NCBI GenBank assembly: GCA_963712275.1
Contig: CAVQHD010000001.1
Location: forward strand, 768,001-832,000
Direction of reading: 5' to 3'
Source: an uncultured Rhabdochlamydiaceae bacterium
GTDB taxonomy: Bacteria > Chlamydiota > Chlamydiia > Chlamydiales > Rhabdochlamydiaceae
DNA length: 64,000 nucleotides
Under the pieces are notes generated by a model. The model ran no database searches. It was given only the letters and a program-made list of their open reading frames with translations, and was not told the DNA's origin. The stretch's first letter is position 1; the number at the start of each line of letters is the position of its first letter. Position numbers and translations under genes: made by a program. This document shows positions 18,872-28,698 of this stretch, piece by piece.

Positions 18872-19750
18872 TTAAACTTTTTTCGTCGCGATGGAAAGGG
18901 TATTGAGATAGTCGCGCATTGTGTCGATTTGGGCAGCTTCGGAGCTGGATAAAGAGTAAAGCGTGCTAAATTTAGCTTCTTCTTCGACCGCATTTTTAGC
19001 AGAAAAATTTCGTACATGATTGGGACCTATTTCCGGATGAACTCCAGAGAGAAGAATACGACCTTTTCCTACTTTTTGCGTTACAGCTGCAGTAGGAGCT
19101 ATGTTCTCATAAAGCTCCTTTGCGCCTCCTTGTGAGATATAAGATCCAGAAAATTTATAAGAATCATACTCTAGAAGGGGACGAGCTTCTAGCTCTTTTG
19201 ATGCGCCCGGAAAAAATACACCGTTCTGAAAATAGAGATGGTAAGGCTTTTGCTCCGCCTCGGACGAAACCTGTCTAACCAATTGTGTTCCATAATTCCT
19301 ACTCCCAAGTACTTCAAACAAACAGCAATGACCTGAATAAAGCTTCAGATGCATTCGTTCTCGCAATGCAATCGTCTCGGTTATCTCTTGCGTTGGCGGA
19401 TTAAGGCAATGGGGAACAAGTTGTGTATCGTACATGAGCAATGGGCGGCATGCCGCAGCAATGGCCCCTGCACAGAGCCCGAGGTAGCTGGCTCCATCAT
19501 CGATGACGAGTTTACGAATGATGGGGGCCAGAGGTTTCAGTTCTCTTTCCATAAGCAGGTAAGAGCCTCCTGGAATAATAAAAAGACGCACAGGATTAGA
19601 GAAAGTATCATTGAGGGCATAAGGTGCTTGGGATAAACGTTCAATCCGATAGGATCTGTCATCAATGATATTTTTGATTTGTTCGTAGATCGAAGAGAGA
19701 CAGGTTGAATCTACTCCAGACTTGTCATAAATGAGAGCGTACCCTGACAT
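18872..19750 (-). CDS. BPL_N (biotin-protein ligase N-terminal, GATase1-like) domain protein
   Basis: LFIIPGG, YLGLCAGA, GKGRILLSGVHPE. Confidence 0.75.
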   Translation of the reverse strand: MSGYALIYDKSGVDSTCLSSIYEQIKNIIDDRSYRIERLSQAPYALNDTFSNPVRLFIIPGGSYLLMERELKPLAPIIRKLVIDDGASYLGLCAGAIAAACRPLLMYDTQLVPHCLNPPTQEITETIALRERMHLKLYSGHCCLFEVLGSRNYGTQLVRQVSSEAEQKPYHLYFQNGVFFPGASKELEARPLLEYDSYKFSGSYISQGGAKELYENIAPTAAVTQKVGKGRILLSGVHPEIGPNHVRNFSAKNAVEEEAKFSTLYSLSSSEAAQIDTMRDYLNTLSIATKKV

Positions 19751-19833
19751 AAACCACCTATGAATGTTCTTTGCTGAGGAATAAATAATAACTCAAAAAT
19801 CGGTAGAAGATTAATTCAACAACAGTCTTTAAG

Positions 19834-20877
19834 TCAATAGGGTGAAAAAGGCTCGAAATGAGGCGGGATATTGAGCGCATCTTCATGATAATCAAACCGC
19901 TGATGGAGTCGTGAAAGGTAGACTTGCATCTCTGCTTCGGCATACTCATTGAGAAGCCCTTGCCTTAGTTGATTGGAGATGGTTTCGAAGAGGGGAGTTT
20001 CTTGTTTTGTATGAGCTTTAAGGTGAAAGATTCGAACCACTTGAGTTCCATCGCGGCTTTGTTGAAGAGTGGGGGCGCTCCACGAATTGATCGCAAGTTG
20101 GCTCAGAATATCTCGATGGGCGGAGGATAGCTCATGATCATCTAATTGAAATTCAGAGGAGAGCGAAAGATGGCTCCACTCTTCTTCGGGAAGGTTTTGT
20201 TTGAATAAATCTGCGGCAATCGAGAGAGTTCCATTGGAGGGCTCATAGAGCTCTACGATTTTTGCAGCGAGCGGCATTGCTGCTTCGGAAGTATCGTACC
20301 GAAAGGTTAAAAATTGGTAAGTCCAAACTTCTTTGGGGGGATTTTCTTTCAAGTACCGATCATACGCTTTCCGGATCACTTCTGTTGTCACTTTGCCAAG
20401 CACTTTAGAGGTGACTCGAAACCATTGAATCTTTTGCACGACAAGGTCTTGATGAGTCATTGCTTTTGCTTCATCATAGGAAATTCTTAATCGGTCGAGA
20501 GAGGCCATGACATTCGGGCCATACCGATTTTGAATCTCTTCCCGGACTTCGGCGTCGGTTGCTTTGATCTCACGGCTTTCAGCATCTGCCATCATGAGTT
20601 CTTGATCAATCATTCGCTGCAAGGTGGGCTTCCATTGCGTCGAATAAAATTGAAGGCAGGCAGGCTTTGAGTCGAGATACTCTGGATAATATTGGCTTAA
20701 AAAAACGTCCATTTGTTTCACAACATCTAAAAGGGAAATGGTTTTGCCGTTTACGGTTGTCAAAATGCGGTTATTAAGGATGACTTCAGAAGGGTCATCG
20801 GGAGGTAAAACAGAGGCAAGGACAGGGAGCGCCGGTACAAGAAAAGAAACTAAGATTGCTTGTAGCCACGGCTTCAT
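19834..20877 (-). CDS. SurA N-terminal domain periplasmic chaperone-like protein
   Basis: Signal peptide, NRILTTVNGKTISLLDV, LQRMIDQELMMADA. Confidence 0.7.
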   Translation of the reverse strand: MKPWLQAILVSFLVPALPVLASVLPPDDPSEVILNNRILTTVNGKTISLLDVVKQMDVFLSQYYPEYLDSKPACLQFYSTQWKPTLQRMIDQELMMADAESREIKATDAEVREEIQNRYGPNVMASLDRLRISYDEAKAMTHQDLVVQKIQWFRVTSKVLGKVTTEVIRKAYDRYLKENPPKEVWTYQFLTFRYDTSEAAMPLAAKIVELYEPSNGTLSIAADLFKQNLPEEEWSHLSLSSEFQLDDHELSSAHRDILSQLAINSWSAPTLQQSRDGTQVVRIFHLKAHTKQETPLFETISNQLRQGLLNEYAEAEMQVYLSRLHQRFDYHEDALNIPPHFEPFSPY

Positions 20878-20907
20878 TTGACTCTCCTTTGGAAAGGCCT
20901 CATTCTA

Positions 20908-21975
20908 TCAAATCATCTTAAAAGAAACAGCATAAAATCCGTCCATGCCGTGCAAGAGGGGAAGTGTTTGAAATTGATCGACAATTTGAAGGGAATATTT
21001 TTTTCGAAAATAAGCAGCTTGGTGCTCATTTTCTTCAGGAAGAATGCTGCAAGTCATATAGACGATCGTTCCTTTGGGATGCAGATAAGAGAGGGCCTCT
21101 TCAAAAATAGATTGTTGCTCCTGAGTGAGTTGTGCAAGGTTAAGAGACTCAAATTTCCATTTAAGGTCCGGGTTGCGGCGGTAGGTTCCCGTTCCGCTGC
21201 AAGGGACATCGGCAACGACCCAATCTAGGGTCTTTTTCCTGGAGGGAAGTTTAAATTGAACGTTTTGAATTCCAGCTCTTCTGAATCTTTTTTTAGCCTC
21301 TTGGAGCGCTTCAAGGCGGATATCGTGGAGATAAAGCTGTCCCGATTGTTGCATCTCGGGGGCAAAAGCCAAACTTTTTCCTCCAGCCCCTGCGCAAAAA
21401 TCGAGAATTTGCGCGTTAAGGGAAGGGCGTATGAGCTGAGCTGCGAGCTGGCTGGCTTCATCTTGGACTTCGAAAAGGCCGTCTTTAAACTCTGAAAGAG
21501 TGGAAAAATTGATTTTTGAGGAGCATTGAATCCCCAGCGGAGAGACTAGAGTTGCTTGAACATCGAATTGGGAAGAGAGTTTGCGGAGGAGTTCATCACG
21601 AGAGATTTTTAGGCGGTTTGCACGGAGTGTGACGGGGGCTCTGGTTTGGTTGATGTGGCAAATCTCAGCCGCTTTTTTTTCTCCATAAGATTGACAAAGA
21701 GAGAGAAAGAGTTTTTTTGGGGCTCCAAGGCGAAGGTGCTCTGCAAGAGGGGATGCTCTCAAATCAGGAAGAGGCGCCATTGGATCGAGTTGGAGTTCAT
21801 CGTAAAGATTCTTCCATCGAACGTAATTGTAAAGGGTTTCAGCGATCCAAGCCCGATCTTTAGATCCAAGAGCTTTATGAAGACGAAAATAGTGGCGTAA
21901 AAGAACATCTAAAGGTATTCTTTGAATCTTTATTTGACTGATTAAATGAGTCAAATGGTGTTGTCTAAATTTCAT
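20908..21975 (-). CDS. RsmB/NOP (Fmu/Sun) RNA m5C methyltransferase
   Basis: FEVQDEASQL, DFCAGAGGKS, DVPCSGTG, YMTCS; start likely MKFRQHH. Confidence 0.9.
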   Translation of the reverse strand: MKFRQHHLTHLISQIKIQRIPLDVLLRHYFRLHKALGSKDRAWIAETLYNYVRWKNLYDELQLDPMAPLPDLRASPLAEHLRLGAPKKLFLSLCQSYGEKKAAEICHINQTRAPVTLRANRLKISRDELLRKLSSQFDVQATLVSPLGIQCSSKINFSTLSEFKDGLFEVQDEASQLAAQLIRPSLNAQILDFCAGAGGKSLAFAPEMQQSGQLYLHDIRLEALQEAKKRFRRAGIQNVQFKLPSRKKTLDWVVADVPCSGTGTYRRNPDLKWKFESLNLAQLTQEQQSIFEEALSYLHPKGTIVYMTCSILPEENEHQAAYFRKKYSLQIVDQFQTLPLLHGMDGFYAVSFKMI

Positions 21976-22019
21976 AGAAAAGAGAATACTTAAATTCGAT
22001 AAATCTGAGGTAAGGAAAA

Positions 22020-22457
22020 ATGAGAAAAATCGTCTTCTTAATCGGTCGCATTTTGTTAAGTTTGATTTTTGTGAGCTCATCTATCAGTAAATTGTTTAGT
22101 TGGAACGACACGGTTCAATACACGACAAGCTCGTATTCTCAATGGATCAGTGGAACACCGGCTCCAGAGGCAATCCATCAAGGGATGGTAGCGCTTTGCC
22201 CTCATGTCGTTTTAATGCTCATCATCGCCATGCTTTTCGAGGGGATTGGGGGGCTTTTGCTCCTTTTTGGATTTAAAATCCGCTTCGGCGCATTCCTGCT
22301 GATCTTATTTATCATTCCTGTCACAATCATCATGCATCCTTTCTGGCTGAGTGGCGGTCAAGAGAAGATGATCCAAACGGCGATGTTTATGAAAAATATC
22401 AGTATTTTAGGGGGGCTGCTCATCCTGGCATCAAAGGGCGGGGAAAGCGAGGCGTGA
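22020..22457 (+). CDS. DoxX family membrane protein
   Basis: GRILLSLIF, HPFW, FMKNISILGGLL. Confidence 0.85.
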   Translation: MRKIVFLIGRILLSLIFVSSSISKLFSWNDTVQYTTSSYSQWISGTPAPEAIHQGMVALCPHVVLMLIIAMLFEGIGGLLLLFGFKIRFGAFLLILFIIPVTIIMHPFWLSGGQEKMIQTAMFMKNISILGGLLILASKGGESEA

Positions 22458-22462
22458 GCTAT

Positions 22463-22478
22463 TAAGAGACTGTCTCTA
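22463..22478. repeat. Possible ends-only remnant of palindromic family A
   Basis: TAAGAGACTGTCTCTA = both family A termini fused. Confidence 0.45.
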
Positions 22479-22530
22479 ATACAGCTTGTTTTGAAAATTG
22501 AAATAAGATACCATTTCCTTTCAATAAAAC

Positions 22531-23373
22531 ATGCAAAATCAAACAACCCTTAAACAAGAAATTGCCTTTCAAGGAAAAGCCCTCTTTACGGGGCGCGATG
22601 TGACTGCTTGTCTTTGTCCTGCTGGTCCTGAGACGGGAGTTGTCTTCCGTCGGGTCGATTTGCCTGGATCTCCAGACATTCCTGCAAAGACGGAATATGT
22701 TCAAGAGAGTATTCGTACAACCAAAATTGGAGTCGGTAGTGCCTCCGTTCAGACGATCGAACACCTGATGGCAGCTGTTTTTGCTTGTAAAGTAGATAAT
22801 TTAATCGTGGAGATTTCAGGGCCAGAACTCCCTATTTTTGATGGAAGCGCGCTCCCCTTTGTCGAATGGATTGAAAAGGCTGGGATTGTGGAGCAAAATC
22901 GCCCCAAAGAAGTCTATGTTTTAGGGGCTCCCTGCTATTTCTCTGCGGGAGAGACGCACCTGATTGCGCTTCCTTCCGATGAATTTAAGATTAGCTATAC
23001 GCTTCACTATCCAGCATCTCCATATCTCAAATCGCAATACTTTAGCTTTGTGATGACACCCCCTCGATTTCGGCAAGAGGTTGCTCCCTGCCGAACGTTT
23101 GCACTTCATGAAGAAGTTCTTCCTTTGATTCAAAAAGGGATTTTAAAAAATGGAGGACTCGAGCATGGTGTAGTCATTGATGGAGAAAGAGTGTTAAATC
23201 CCGAAGGGGTCCGTTTCTTTGACGAAATGGTTCGTCATAAGGTTTTGGATTTGATCGGAGATATTGCTCTATTAGGCCATCCATTAAATGTTCATTTGAT
23301 TGGAATCAAAACAGGACATGCAGCAAACCATGCCATTGCGAAAGAGATGCGTAAATTTCTGAGGAGACAATGA
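22531..23373 (+). CDS. lpxC: UDP-3-O-acyl-GlcNAc deacetylase
   Basis: TIEHLMAA, PIFDGSA, EMVRHKVLDLIGD. Confidence 0.96.
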   Translation: MQNQTTLKQEIAFQGKALFTGRDVTACLCPAGPETGVVFRRVDLPGSPDIPAKTEYVQESIRTTKIGVGSASVQTIEHLMAAVFACKVDNLIVEISGPELPIFDGSALPFVEWIEKAGIVEQNRPKEVYVLGAPCYFSAGETHLIALPSDEFKISYTLHYPASPYLKSQYFSFVMTPPRFRQEVAPCRTFALHEEVLPLIQKGILKNGGLEHGVVIDGERVLNPEGVRFFDEMVRHKVLDLIGDIALLGHPLNVHLIGIKTGHAANHAIAKEMRKFLRRQ

Positions 23374-23834
23374 ACTCAACTTTAACTCATTCGGTTATTC
23401 TTGATGCGAAAAAGATCGCACAAATTTTACCCCATCGGTATCCTTTTCTTCTTGTAGATCGGATTGTTTACATAGACCTTGAGAATAATACGATCATTGG
23501 GCAAAAAAATGTGACCTTAAATGAACATTTTTTTGTAGGACATTTCCCCGAGGTGCCCATTATGCCTGGAGTGCTTATCCTCGAGGCTTTAGCGCAAACT
23601 GGAGGAATTTTAGTCCACCAAAAGTTACAGACAGATAAAATTGCGGTGCTCCTAACAGTGGATCAAGCAAAATTTAGAAAGCCTGTATTTCCAGGAGATG
23701 TTCTTTTCCTAGAAATCAAAGGATTGCATGTGAGTTTTAAAGGGGGGAAAGTGGCAGCAAAGGCCCTCGTGAATGATCAGGTGGTTGTTGAAGCAGAAAT
23801 TGGTTTTGCTCTTGTTGATAGAAAGCAACTTTAA
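23370..23834 (+). CDS. fabZ: 3-hydroxyacyl-ACP dehydratase
   Basis: LPHRYPFLLVDR, GHFPEVPIMPGVLILEALAQ. Confidence 0.97.
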   Translation: MNSTLTHSVILDAKKIAQILPHRYPFLLVDRIVYIDLENNTIIGQKNVTLNEHFFVGHFPEVPIMPGVLILEALAQTGGILVHQKLQTDKIAVLLTVDQAKFRKPVFPGDVLFLEIKGLHVSFKGGKVAAKALVNDQVVVEAEIGFALVDRKQL

Positions 23835-23849
23835 AAAATGTTAAAATAG

Positions 23850-24707
23850 ATGGCTAAAAGAGAGATTCATCCAACGGCAGTTGTCGACCCTAAAGCGCAG
23901 CTTGGAGACAATGTCACCATCGAAGCGTACGCGATTGTGAAAGCAGATGTCAAAATTGGCGATGGGGTCACGATTAAATCACATGTTTATATCGAGGGGA
24001 ATACGACCATTGGGGCCGGTACGACGATTTGGCCAGGAGCGACTATTGGAACAAAAACCCAAGATCTCAAATTCAGAGGCGAGAAGACGTTTGTCATCAT
24101 TGGGAAAAATTGCGAGATCCGGGAATACGTTACCATTAACTCTTCTTGTCAGGAAAATTCGGTTGTTCGGGTCGGCGACAACTGCTTAATCATGGCCTAT
24201 TGCCATGTTGCCCATAATTGCGAAGTAGGCAACAAAGTGATCATGGCCAATGCCGTTAATTTAGCAGGGCATGTCATTATTGAAGATTGCGCTGTGATCG
24301 GAGGGATGGCAGCTTTACATCAATTTACCCGAGTTGGGTGTTATGCCATGGTTGGTGGATTTAGCCCTGTGACGCGCGATGTTCCTCCCTACACGATTGG
24401 AGGAGGAATACCTTATAAAATGGGAGGACTCAATCTCATTGGCCTTAAGCGTCATGGATTTCCTCTTTCCGTTCGAAAAGATTTGGTACGAGCTTTCAAA
24501 ATCACCTACCGCTCAGGTCTTAGCTTGACAGAGGCCCTTGAGCAGATTGAGCAAGAGGTTGAACCAAATCTCTACGTTCGGCATTGGGTCGAATTTTGTT
24601 TAGCCTCCAGGCGCGGATTAATTGGCTTTCAGAGGCAGACGAAAAACACTGACCCTCTCGAGTCTCAAACTGAATACGAAGAGCTTCTCGAAGAAGAAGT
24701 CACGTGA
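23850..24707 (+). CDS. lpxA: UDP-N-acetylglucosamine acyltransferase
   Basis: IHPTAVVD, hexapeptide repeats, HVAHNC, GLNLIGLKRHGF. Confidence 0.96.
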   Translation: MAKREIHPTAVVDPKAQLGDNVTIEAYAIVKADVKIGDGVTIKSHVYIEGNTTIGAGTTIWPGATIGTKTQDLKFRGEKTFVIIGKNCEIREYVTINSSCQENSVVRVGDNCLIMAYCHVAHNCEVGNKVIMANAVNLAGHVIIEDCAVIGGMAALHQFTRVGCYAMVGGFSPVTRDVPPYTIGGGIPYKMGGLNLIGLKRHGFPLSVRKDLVRAFKITYRSGLSLTEALEQIEQEVEPNLYVRHWVEFCLASRRGLIGFQRQTKNTDPLESQTEYEELLEEEVT

Positions 24708-25627
24708 AGATCGTTTTTTTGGGGACCTCTTCTTTTTCTGTTGCTATTTTAAAGCACCTTCTTCAAAGCCCCTATCAAATCATTGCCGTTGTTACAAGAG
24801 TTGATAAGCCTCAAGGACGATCACTTGAGTTAAAGTCTCCTCCGGTGAAAGAATGGGTTCAAGCCTACGCTCCTCAGATACCTCTTTATCAACCCGCAAA
24901 GGCCTCATCAGAGGAGTTTGTCGCCTTTCTACGCTCTCTTGCTCCCGATCTTTTTATTGTTGCCTCCTATGGAGAAATCGTAAAAACCTCTCTTTTAAAT
25001 GCTGCGCGGCTAGGTGCTATCAATGTCCACACGAGCTTGCTTCCCAAGTGGCGAGGTGCAGCGCCCATCCAGCGATCTCTCATGGCCGGGGAGCAGGTCA
25101 CAGGGGTTACCATTATGAAAATGGTGCTGGAGCTGGACGCCGGCGACATTTTAGATCAGACCAAAGTTGAAGTTCTCCCAGAGATGACCTACGGAGAGCT
25201 TGAGCAAGCGCTTGCTGTGGCATCAAAGGAGCCGCTTCTTCAAGTGCTCTCTCAGATGGAGCATGGAACTTTGCAAGCTACACCTCAAGACCCTTCAAAA
25301 GTCACTTTTGCTCCTAAAATCTTACCGCAAGACCGGGTGATTGATTGGAGTCGCACCGCTGATGAGATCCATAACCAAATTCGGGCTCTTTCTCCAGAGC
25401 CAGGCGCTTGGACTTCCATTGAAGTTGGAGAGCAGACAAAAAAAATGAAAATTAAGCGGTCGCGCGTTGCAGCAGCTCCAGCGACACTCACAGCTAAAGA
25501 ATGGATTGTCGGCTGCGGGAAGGGTCATTTAAGCCTTCTCGAAGTGCAGCTCGAAGGAAAAAAAACACTTTCTATCAGTGAATTTCTTCGAGGAGTGCAT
25601 GGACCTATTCAGCTGATTCAAAGTTAA
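24704..25627 (+). CDS. fmt: Methionyl-tRNA formyltransferase
   Basis: KIVFLGT, NVHTSLLPKWRGAAPIQR, LDAGDI. Confidence 0.96.
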   Translation: MKIVFLGTSSFSVAILKHLLQSPYQIIAVVTRVDKPQGRSLELKSPPVKEWVQAYAPQIPLYQPAKASSEEFVAFLRSLAPDLFIVASYGEIVKTSLLNAARLGAINVHTSLLPKWRGAAPIQRSLMAGEQVTGVTIMKMVLELDAGDILDQTKVEVLPEMTYGELEQALAVASKEPLLQVLSQMEHGTLQATPQDPSKVTFAPKILPQDRVIDWSRTADEIHNQIRALSPEPGAWTSIEVGEQTKKMKIKRSRVAAAPATLTAKEWIVGCGKGHLSLLEVQLEGKKTLSISEFLRGVHGPIQLIQS

Positions 25628-25711
25628 TTTTCTTGGACTTAAAGCCTTTCTTGTTTACCATGCTCTTTCGAACATTAAAAAGATCTTTCAAAGCTCAAAG
25701 GAGAGTTTTAT

Positions 25712-26584
25712 ATGGGTATGGGTGTAATTGTTAATGGGTTCAATAAGTTCGCAGGAGCGCTTTCGACTGTTGTGACGCCGGCTTCCAATTGTTTGGGTGG
25801 AGTTGGTTACTACGTTAAAAAGATGACTGGTGCGGGGGATGCAAAAACATTTTTTGTCAGACCTGCGATGGTCTTAGGGGCAAGCTACAAATTTTTCTGC
25901 CCTGAAAAATATCTTGCAAATCAGTATCCAGGATTCATCCAATGGACTGAGACTGCAAAAGTTGTTAAAAGTTTTTTAAGTGCGGTCGATATTCTTCCAC
26001 AGACGGGAAAAATGGCTACAGCACTTTCTACGAAAATTGTTCAACAGGATCCGAAGGATACCAAGTGGAATCTCAGTAGAGAGGTCGCCTATATGAATGA
26101 CGGGAAGCCGCGCCTTCACAAGGCTACCCTTAGCCCACTAGCGCTGGTGGCTCAAAGGCTTTCTTCTGTTGCGTTATGGTTCATTAATATAGGAGATGCT
26201 GTAAATGAAATAGGGGAATACTACCCCATTTCTCCCTTCCTTAAGAAATATGTACCCATTATGTTCTCAGCGGCGGGTCTGTATATGGGAGTTCAAGGAC
26301 TTTACGAAGAAGAAGTGGTTAGGGGTTCTGTTAAACGTGAAAATTTCGTGATGGCCCCAGAAGAAAACTATTATAGCTGGGCGAACCGTGCATTAAATGG
26401 GACATATTTATTTATAAGTACCGTTGGAGGTTTGGGGATTTATTTTGAAAAAAATCCTCCAAAATGGCTTCCTACCGCCCAATTTGTTGGTACAGCTGTG
26501 CTCGCGGTTGTTCTGATTGCCCACAAGGTACTGAAAGACCAGGTGGAAGATCTTCATAAATCGAGGGAAGCCAGAGTAGTTTAA
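25712..26584 (+). CDS. Hypothetical membrane protein
   Basis: 290-aa ORF with SD (GGAGAG), several hydrophobic segments and a downstream terminator. Confidence 0.7.
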   Translation: MGMGVIVNGFNKFAGALSTVVTPASNCLGGVGYYVKKMTGAGDAKTFFVRPAMVLGASYKFFCPEKYLANQYPGFIQWTETAKVVKSFLSAVDILPQTGKMATALSTKIVQQDPKDTKWNLSREVAYMNDGKPRLHKATLSPLALVAQRLSSVALWFINIGDAVNEIGEYYPISPFLKKYVPIMFSAAGLYMGVQGLYEEEVVRGSVKRENFVMAPEENYYSWANRALNGTYLFISTVGGLGIYFEKNPPKWLPTAQFVGTAVLAVVLIAHKVLKDQVEDLHKSREARVV

Positions 26585-26610
26585 GTAGTCTTATCCTTAA
26601 GGTAATTCCT

Positions 26611-26644
26611 AAGACCTTGCTACCTTGTGGCAAGGTCTTTTTTT
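26611..26644 (+). terminator. Rho-independent terminator
   Basis: AAGACCTTGCTAC-CTT-GTGGCAAGGTCTT followed by T-tract. Confidence 0.8.
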
Positions 26645-26648
26645 ATGG

Positions 26649-26759
26649 ATGAAAATGAGTCCACACCACCTTTCTTGGATTGAATGGGCAGTCGCCATTG
26701 CCATTACGGGGCTTGGTTTTTCCCTTCTTATCTACGCTTTCTTGGCTGTTTACCTTTGA
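26649..26759 (+). CDS. Candidate 36-aa single-pass membrane peptide
   Basis: MKMSPHHLSWIEWAVAIAITGLGFSLLIYAFLAVYL*; shorter than any ORF in the supplied track. Confidence 0.35.
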   Translation: MKMSPHHLSWIEWAVAIAITGLGFSLLIYAFLAVYL

Positions 26760-26821
26760 TCCTTGTGGTTTTGCTAAATTTTGGTTGTTGGAAAATCGGA
26801 AGATTTGTTAGCCTACTCGCT

Positions 26822-26930
26822 TTAGAAGCTGTCTTAAAGCTCAGGTTTCGTCGCTTTTTGGAAAATAAAGCGAAAATTGGCTCAAAAAGCCCCAAAAATC
26901 GCAGAAACTGAGTTTTAAGACAGCTTCTTA
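26822..26930. repeat. Miniature palindromic element family A, medium copy
   Basis: TTA-GAAGCTGTCTTAAAGCTCAGGTTTCG...GAAACTGAGTTTTAAGACAGCTTC-TTA. Confidence 0.85.
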
Positions 26931-27040
26931 GAGGTCGCTCGCAAACTCAACCAATTGCGATAGCAAGCGGTGCGCTGTTTGATGAGAAGCAGCTGATAAA
27001 TTTTTCTTTAATGAGTGGTAGAACTCCGGAATTTAGGTAA

Positions 27041-27724
27041 ATGATGAAGCCAAAGTTGATGAAGCCAAAGTTGATGGGAATTAAACAAGGGATGATGCAA
27101 CTCTTTGATCCGCAAGGAAACCGGGTTGTGTGCTCGGTGATTAAAGCAGATAAACACCTGATTTCTCAAATTAAAACCGTTGAAACAGATGGGTATCAGG
27201 CCCTTCAGCTTGCATCAGGAACATTGAATGCAGCAAAAATGCGCAAGGTGGCAAGGCCTCAGCAAGGGCATTTTAAGAAGGCAGGAATTGAGCCTCGCCG
27301 GTTTTTGACAGAGGTTTGCGTGGATGATACGACCCCCTTCCAAGTCGGGCAGGAGTTTGGGGTAGAGCTCTTTCAAGATATTGCTTTTGTCGATGTGGTG
27401 GGAGTTTCCAAAGGAAAAGGGTATCAAGGGGTGATTAAAAGGCACCACTTTGCCGGAGGGCCTGCGGCGCATGGTTCCGGGTTCCATCGTCATGGCGGAT
27501 CGTGCGGAATGAGATCAACGCCTGGACGGTGCCTCCCTGGAGTTAAAAAAGCAGGGCGCATGGGGTGTGATCAGGTGACTGTAGAAAATCTGCGTGTGAT
27601 TAAAATTGACCCCGAAAAGCAAGTGATTGTCGTCGAAGGTGCTATTCCTGGTGCTCGAGGGGGGCTTGTTTATATCACCTCAGCAAAAAAAAGACAAAGT
27701 AAGGTGAAACGTGGCAAGTCTTAA
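27041..27724 (+). CDS. rplC: 50S ribosomal protein L3
   Basis: DGYQALQL, SKGKGYQGVIKRHHF, GRMG. Confidence 0.97.
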   Translation: MMKPKLMKPKLMGIKQGMMQLFDPQGNRVVCSVIKADKHLISQIKTVETDGYQALQLASGTLNAAKMRKVARPQQGHFKKAGIEPRRFLTEVCVDDTTPFQVGQEFGVELFQDIAFVDVVGVSKGKGYQGVIKRHHFAGGPAAHGSGFHRHGGSCGMRSTPGRCLPGVKKAGRMGCDQVTVENLRVIKIDPEKQVIVVEGAIPGARGGLVYITSAKKRQSKVKRGKS

Positions 27725-28355
27725 GAAGTTTGAGCTTTCGGGGAAGGAAATCGGTCATCTTTCCATTGAAGACGAATTATTGAAGGTTCAAGTGAACTCA
27801 CAGATGATTAAAGATTATATTGTCGCTCTTCGCGCCAATGCTCGGCAATGGTCTGCGCATACAAAAACGCGAGCTGAAGTGTCCCATTCAGGGCAAAAAC
27901 CCCATCCGCAGAAAGGAACGGGACGCGCGAGGCAGGGATATTTAGGCGCTGCTCAATATAAGGGAGGAGGCCGTGTTGGAGGGCCTAGACACAAGGAAGA
28001 TCAGCATGTCGCAATCAACCGTAAAGAGAAACGTGCGGTGATTCGGCATCTTCTGGCTGAAAAAATCACCGGAGGCGAGATGGTAGTTTTGGAACCTGGA
28101 GCTTTTCGGGCGCCTAAAACGAAGAAAGTGGCCGATTTTTTAAAGGGACTTGAAATCTTTGGAAAAAAGGTGCTTTTTGTCGCCGATCAAGTTGGCGGAA
28201 AAAAAGAGAGCCATTTTGTGAAAAGCATGCGCAATATTCCGAACGCAGATTTTATGTTGATTGAAAATATCAGCGGCTATGATGTTGTTTCCCATCGACT
28301 CATTATTGTGATGGATGATGCGACAAGTCGTTTGATGAAGATGTTAGAAGGTTAA
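27711..28355 (+). CDS. rplD: 50S ribosomal protein L4
   Basis: TKTRAEVS, QKGTGRARQG. Confidence 0.97.
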   Translation: MASLKKFELSGKEIGHLSIEDELLKVQVNSQMIKDYIVALRANARQWSAHTKTRAEVSHSGQKPHPQKGTGRARQGYLGAAQYKGGGRVGGPRHKEDQHVAINRKEKRAVIRHLLAEKITGGEMVVLEPGAFRAPKTKKVADFLKGLEIFGKKVLFVADQVGGKKESHFVKSMRNIPNADFMLIENISGYDVVSHRLIIVMDDATSRLMKMLEG

Positions 28356-28357
28356 AA

Positions 28358-28696
28358 ATGATGCGCAACCATCCCTATGAGATTATTAAAAGCCGCTATG
28401 TCACTGAAAAAGCGCGTGTCCTAGAAGGGCTTCAAAATAACAAAAGCAACCCTTCTGTTAAGAAATGCAGCACACCCAAATATGTTTTTTTGGTCGATAA
28501 GAAAGCCACAAAACACCAAATTGCTCGAGCAATTGAAGAGATTTATTCTGATAAGGGCATCAAAGTGCTGGGTGTGAATACCATTCATATCAAACCAAAA
28601 CAGCGGACTGTTAGAGGACGCCGTGGGATGAGGCCAGGTTATAAGAAAGCGATTGTCACCTTAAAACCAGGTGATGTGATTGAGGATAAGGTGTAA
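28358..28696 (+). CDS. rplW: 50S ribosomal protein L23
   Basis: [13 protein letters not shown]. Confidence 0.95.
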   Translation: MMRNHPYEIIKSRYVTEKARVLEGLQNNKSNPSVKKCSTPKYVFLVDKKATKHQIARAIEEIYSDKGIKVLGVNTIHIKPKQRTVRGRRGMRPGYKKAIVTLKPGDVIEDKV

Positions 28697-28698
28697 GT

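Noticed and set aside
26684..26911. 75-aa ORF upstream of rplC
   Set aside because: Its C-terminal part is a translation of the family A palindrome; no protein family features
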